The translations under genes and the position numbers were made by a program. From Leidyana gryllorum EB-2025a (lineage: Eukaryota > Protista > Apicomplexa), in the NCBI GenBank assembly GCA_048772705.1, contig JBLWGC010000098.1:1-32950 (forward strand): DNA of 32,950 bases, given 5' to 3'. Below, piece by piece: positions 29,975 through 32,950 of this stretch. Numbering within the stretch: position 1 is the first letter of the stretch; each line of letters begins with the position of its first letter. The notes under the pieces are model-generated. The model worked only from the letters and a program-made list of their open reading frames with translations. It was not told the DNA's origin and ran no database searches.

Positions 29975-30047
29975 TTCCGCTGCCGGGACTCGAACCGGGA
30001 TGGTGCGGGTAGGAGCCGCATATACCAACCACCTAGACTAAAGGGGA
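29975..30047 (-). pseudogene. tRNA-Glu pseudogene (anticodon reads CCT)
   Basis: Glu body with many substitutions. Confidence 0.68.
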
Positions 30048-30290
30048 CAGGTCACCACAGTTGCACTGACGAATGGGGGCAGAAAAGGCCTGAGAATCCT
30101 GAGTTCTACATAGGAAACCTGGGGCATCACGTGAGAGATCCGCGGATCGATATCCAGGCCGTGCAGCTTTGTCACTGCTCCAGCCTCGGATATGATGAAG
30201 GAAACGGAATGATGGCTCTTATGATGTGGGCAGATTTGACACCTATCTAAAGCTATAATTCTTCCTTTGCCTGGAAGAAGATTGTAAGTG

Positions 30291-30363
30291 GGTCTTGCAG
30301 CTCAGTTGGCAGAGCATGTGGCTGTCAGCCACGAAGTCGCAGGTTCGAATCCTGTGAGGTCCA
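30291..30363 (+). pseudogene. tRNA-Asn body with anticodon GTC
   Basis: GTGG CT GTC AG CCAC; U8>C, acceptor mismatches. Confidence 0.7.
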
Positions 30364-30466
30364 GGTTCTACGGCGCTTTACTCTCTCCACGACACTTATG
30401 GTCTTGGACCCTTCAAAGGTCTTTACTCTGAGTATTCAAATACGGTGGGTGCACCCGTACGAAGTT

Positions 30467-30539
30467 TGCACGGCCTGGATATCGATCCCAGTACCTCTCG
30501 CATGCTAAGCGAGCGCTCTACCATTTGAGCTAGTCGCCC
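30467..30539 (-). tRNA. tRNA-Ala(AGC), 3' acceptor strand mutated
   Basis: 5' three-quarters identical to 651-723. Confidence 0.72.
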
Positions 30540-30631
30540 GTTGCGCAGATCCGCTAGCGTACACAGGTCTTTACATAGAGGTGTCTCGAAGAGGGTACGG
30601 CTCTCGTCCAAAGCCTCAGCACGCGCGATTG

Positions 30632-30704
30632 TCCACTGTAGTCTAAGTGGTTAGGATATGCGGCTTTCACTCGCACAATCCGGGTTCAAGTCTCGGCAGT
30701 GGAA
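30632..30704 (+). tRNA. tRNA-Glu(TTC)
   Basis: Paired cloverleaf, CT TTC AC. Confidence 0.87.
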
Positions 30705-30764
30705 ATCCAGATGAGTGTGCTTGTAGGCAACAGTTCCAATCTTCCTTTTAGGGAGATGGATTCA

Positions 30765-30837
30765 CACCGCCCACGGGGCTCGAACCCGCGACTGCGAGAT
30801 TAAGAGTCTTGCGCTCTACCGACTGAGCTAGGGCGGC
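30765..30837 (-). tRNA. tRNA-Lys(CTT)
   Basis: CT CTT AA; one anticodon-stem mismatch. Confidence 0.87.
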
Positions 30838-31091
30838 AGGAAACCAAGGACACAAAACTCGATAGCTTGACATCTAAAGTGGCTTTGGTACTCACCAGCC
30901 TCACTCCGGGTCGTCTAGTGCTTACAACAGCAAGTTGTGGCCGTGCATACCCAGGCCCAAATCCTAGCTTCGATAGTATGTCCCCGATGTCTCGTGGGAG
31001 ATGTAGGTGAAGTTTGTCCGAGCCCACGATCGGGCGTAGCTGCCCTCCTCTCTTGATCGCTACACACTTTCATTTGACGGCTCGGTTAGTC

Positions 31092-31163
31092 GGCGCTATG
31101 GCCTAATGGATATGGCATCGGTCTACGGAACCGGGGATTCTGGGTTCGAGTCCCAGTAGCTCT
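31092..31163 (+). tRNA. tRNA-Arg(ACG), 1-nt deletion in 3' acceptor
   Basis: Otherwise identical to 32774-32846. Confidence 0.8.
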
Positions 31164-31276
31164 AGGCGAACGGCCGGGTTGCAGCCTGTTGAGTCAACAA
31201 CTCAGATCCTGTCTTAGCTGTCAGGGACATTGTCCGGGATGGGTCGAGTGCCGTGTTGCGTCAACAACTATCAGAC

Positions 31277-31348
31277 GGGCTGTTCTGGGAATCGAACCCA
31301 GGACTTCTTCCACCCGAAGGAAGAATCATACCACTAGACCAAACAGCC
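31277..31348 (-). tRNA. tRNA-Pro(CGG)
   Basis: Identical to 488-559. Confidence 0.92.
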
Positions 31349-31615
31349 GCCTAGCTGGTTATTCAACCCGCTGGGTACAGTCGAGAGACTCGTCTCACTA
31401 TGTGAAGTATCACTCAATGCCATGAGGTAGGCACAGAGGGAGGCTAGCCCAGATGATGATGAAACAATGCTTAGTATATGAAAGGTTCTGGGATCGATTC
31501 TCAGCGCATCCGAACTACATAGATGGAACCCTCGCCGGAGTAGTCTAGTTGGCCTATCAACGCTGTCTGCCAAAACCATCAGGTTGAGTAGTACTTTGCC
31601 AATCGCCACTCTACT

Positions 31616-31695
31616 TCCGGTGGGACGGAATCGAACCGCCGACTATCTGATGCCAGCACTACAGTCAGATGCTCTACCAACTGAGCCACCCCCGG
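31616..31695 (-). tRNA. tRNA-Tyr(GTA) with 7-nt intron
   Basis: C1:G72, TCTGA CT GTA G[TGCTGGC]A TCAGA, GGTTCGATTCC; one acceptor mismatch. Confidence 0.8.
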
Positions 31696-31739
31696 TCGTC
31701 CAACTGCTCCGGGGTTCGAACGGCTCAACCCCAGATCCT

Positions 31740-31795
31740 CGCCCTTTCGGACTGCGGTCTGAGCACAGCGCCTTAGACAACTCGGCCATCTTGCC
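31740..31795 (-). pseudogene. tRNA-Leu(CAG), 3' truncated
   Basis: 5' part homologous to 9962-10040; T arm lost. Confidence 0.68.
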
Positions 31796-31886
31796 ACAGT
31801 GTTGTTGGTTCATCGCTCCACGCGTTTTTGTCCGTGAGCCAAAATAGAAAGACTTTTGGGGTTGAAGGCCGGGGTCTCCACGAGCG

Positions 31887-31958
31887 TCCGAGATAGTATA
31901 GTGCTTAGTATTTCCGCCTGTCACTCGGAAGACCCGCGTACGATCCCCGGTCTCGGAG
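31887..31958 (+). pseudogene. tRNA-Asp(GTC), D- and T-loop mutations
   Basis: Acceptor perfect; GTACG T-loop. Confidence 0.75.
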
Positions 31959-32012
31959 ACACTTAGTTTTTCCGCTTTAGATTTCGTGGTGCTCACCTGC
32001 AAAAATGCGAGT

Positions 32013-32085
32013 TTCAGCCACCGAGGATCGAACTCGGGACCTTCTGCGTGTTAAGCAAACGTGTTGACCACTAGACCATGGCTGC
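32013..32085 (-). tRNA. tRNA-Val(AAC)
   Basis: TT AAC AC loop, T arm intact; 1:72 and D-stem mismatches. Confidence 0.77.
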
Positions 32086-32148
32086 GGCGAAGGTCCCGCA
32101 GACCAAGAGAAGTGGCGAGGTTTCACGAAAAAGTGAGGACTAGTTTTG

Positions 32149-32220
32149 AAGTTGCTCCGGGAATCGAACCTAGGTCGGGAGATTTAGAGTCTCCAGTGCT
32201 AACCACTACACCAAGTAACC
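32149..32220 (-). tRNA. tRNA-Gln body with anticodon CTA (candidate amber suppressor or pseudogene)
   Basis: TGGTGTAGTGGTTAGCAC Gln-type D arm, GGAGA CT CTA AA TCTCC, GGTTCGATTCC, U73. Confidence 0.78.
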
Positions 32221-32320
32221 GATCAGTCCTTCCCAAAAAAGAGTTGGTAGAGCCATCCGGGCTAGCGCTTCCCCAAACATGCAAAACGGGTTTTTCTACT
32301 AACCTCCAAAATATTCAACT

Positions 32321-32378
32321 GGCTCTTGTAGCGCAGTGGGCAAAGCGTGTGATTGTTAAATACCAAGTCGCAGGTCCG
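32321..32378 (+). pseudogene. tRNA-Asn relic
   Basis: 5' two-thirds recognisable. Confidence 0.55.
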
Positions 32379-32495
32379 CGGTCTCAGGCACCCTAGACCG
32401 CATTGCGATGCCAAAGTCTATCCAAGGGCTACAGGGCACAATCAAAGGCTCTCAACTCGGTAAACACATAGCGGCAGGTGCAGCCGTACGACGTT

Positions 32496-32567
32496 TGGAC
32501 GACCTGGACATCGATCCCATACCTGTCGCATGCTAAGCGAGCGCTCTACCATCTGAGCCAGTCGCCC
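32496..32567 (-). pseudogene. tRNA-Ala(AGC), degenerate
   Basis: 1-nt T-stem deletion, substitutions. Confidence 0.75.
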
Positions 32568-32655
32568 GACGTGCAGTCCCCATCGCATTTATCGGTTGTC
32601 AACATAGCATGACCACTCTCTCGACCCTACCCGCGGATTGCACCACCGACCAGTC

Positions 32656-32727
32656 AGCTGTTTGGTCTAGTGGTATGATCCTTCCTTAGGGTGGAAGGAG
32701 TCCTGGGTTCGATTCCCAAAACAGCCC
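32656..32727 (+). tRNA. tRNA-Pro(AGG), G1>A
   Basis: CTTCC TT AGG GT GGAAG; T arm intact. Confidence 0.8.
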
Positions 32728-32773
32728 GTCTGTCAGTTGTTGACTCAACAGGCTGCAACCCGGCCATTCGCCC

Positions 32774-32846
32774 AGACGCTACTGGGACTCGAACCCAGAA
32801 TCCCCGGTTCCGTAGACCGATGCCATATCCATTAGGCCATAGCGCC
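32774..32846 (-). tRNA. tRNA-Arg(ACG)
   Basis: Intact cloverleaf. Confidence 0.92.
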
Positions 32847-32950
32847 GACTAGCGGAGCCGTCAAATGGAAGTGTGTAGCGATCAAGACAGGACATGGGCA
32901 GCTACGCCCGATGGTGGGTCTTGACAACTTCACCCACATCTCCCATTCGA

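Noticed and set aside
12-32396. Numerous 60-190 aa ORFs over the tRNA field
   Set aside because: They translate tRNA genes and spacers (recurring GIEPRT/WSSGM-type peptides), have no domain motifs, and frames are not preserved between duplicated modules.
1-32950. CRISPR array, or prokaryotic/phage tRNA array
   Set aside because: Repeats are tRNA genes with homologous rather than unique spacers; no cas genes; tRNA features and Gypsy elements are eukaryotic.

Overview
Eukaryotic, gene-free region: about 20 kb of densely packed tRNA genes and relics plus about 12 kb of decayed Ty3/Gypsy LTR-retrotransposon DNA. By eye I count about 120 tRNA copies (about one per 170 bp, both strands), covering all 20 amino-acid families plus initiator Met. 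Eukaryotic cytosolic hallmarks are no encoded CCA, A34 anticodons (AGC/AGT/AGG/AAT/AAC), an iMet with A1:U72 and a GATCGAAA T-loop, and an intron-containing Tyr. Only a minority of copies are fully paired. The array is a patchwork of multi-tRNA modules copied in direct and inverted orientation. Retro content: a frameshifted pol (3531-6065, minus), a chromodomain-bearing relic with its 3' LTR (6876-~9420, minus), a scrambled gag/IN/RT relic (12849-14300), a near-complete frameshifted gag-pol (14340-~19250, minus) and two solo-LTR-like elements with 5-bp TSDs (1304-2118; 18566-19031). Highlights: a tRNA-Gln body with amber anticodon CTA, several other anticodon-shifted tRNAs, a chimeric tRNA-like unit present three times, a 7-nt Tyr intron, scarce oligo-T terminators, and mosaic LTRs, one inserted 5-9 bp upstream of a tRNA gene. 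Non-retro ORFs in the track look spurious. All calls are manual and relic boundaries are approximate; the host cannot be identified from this window.
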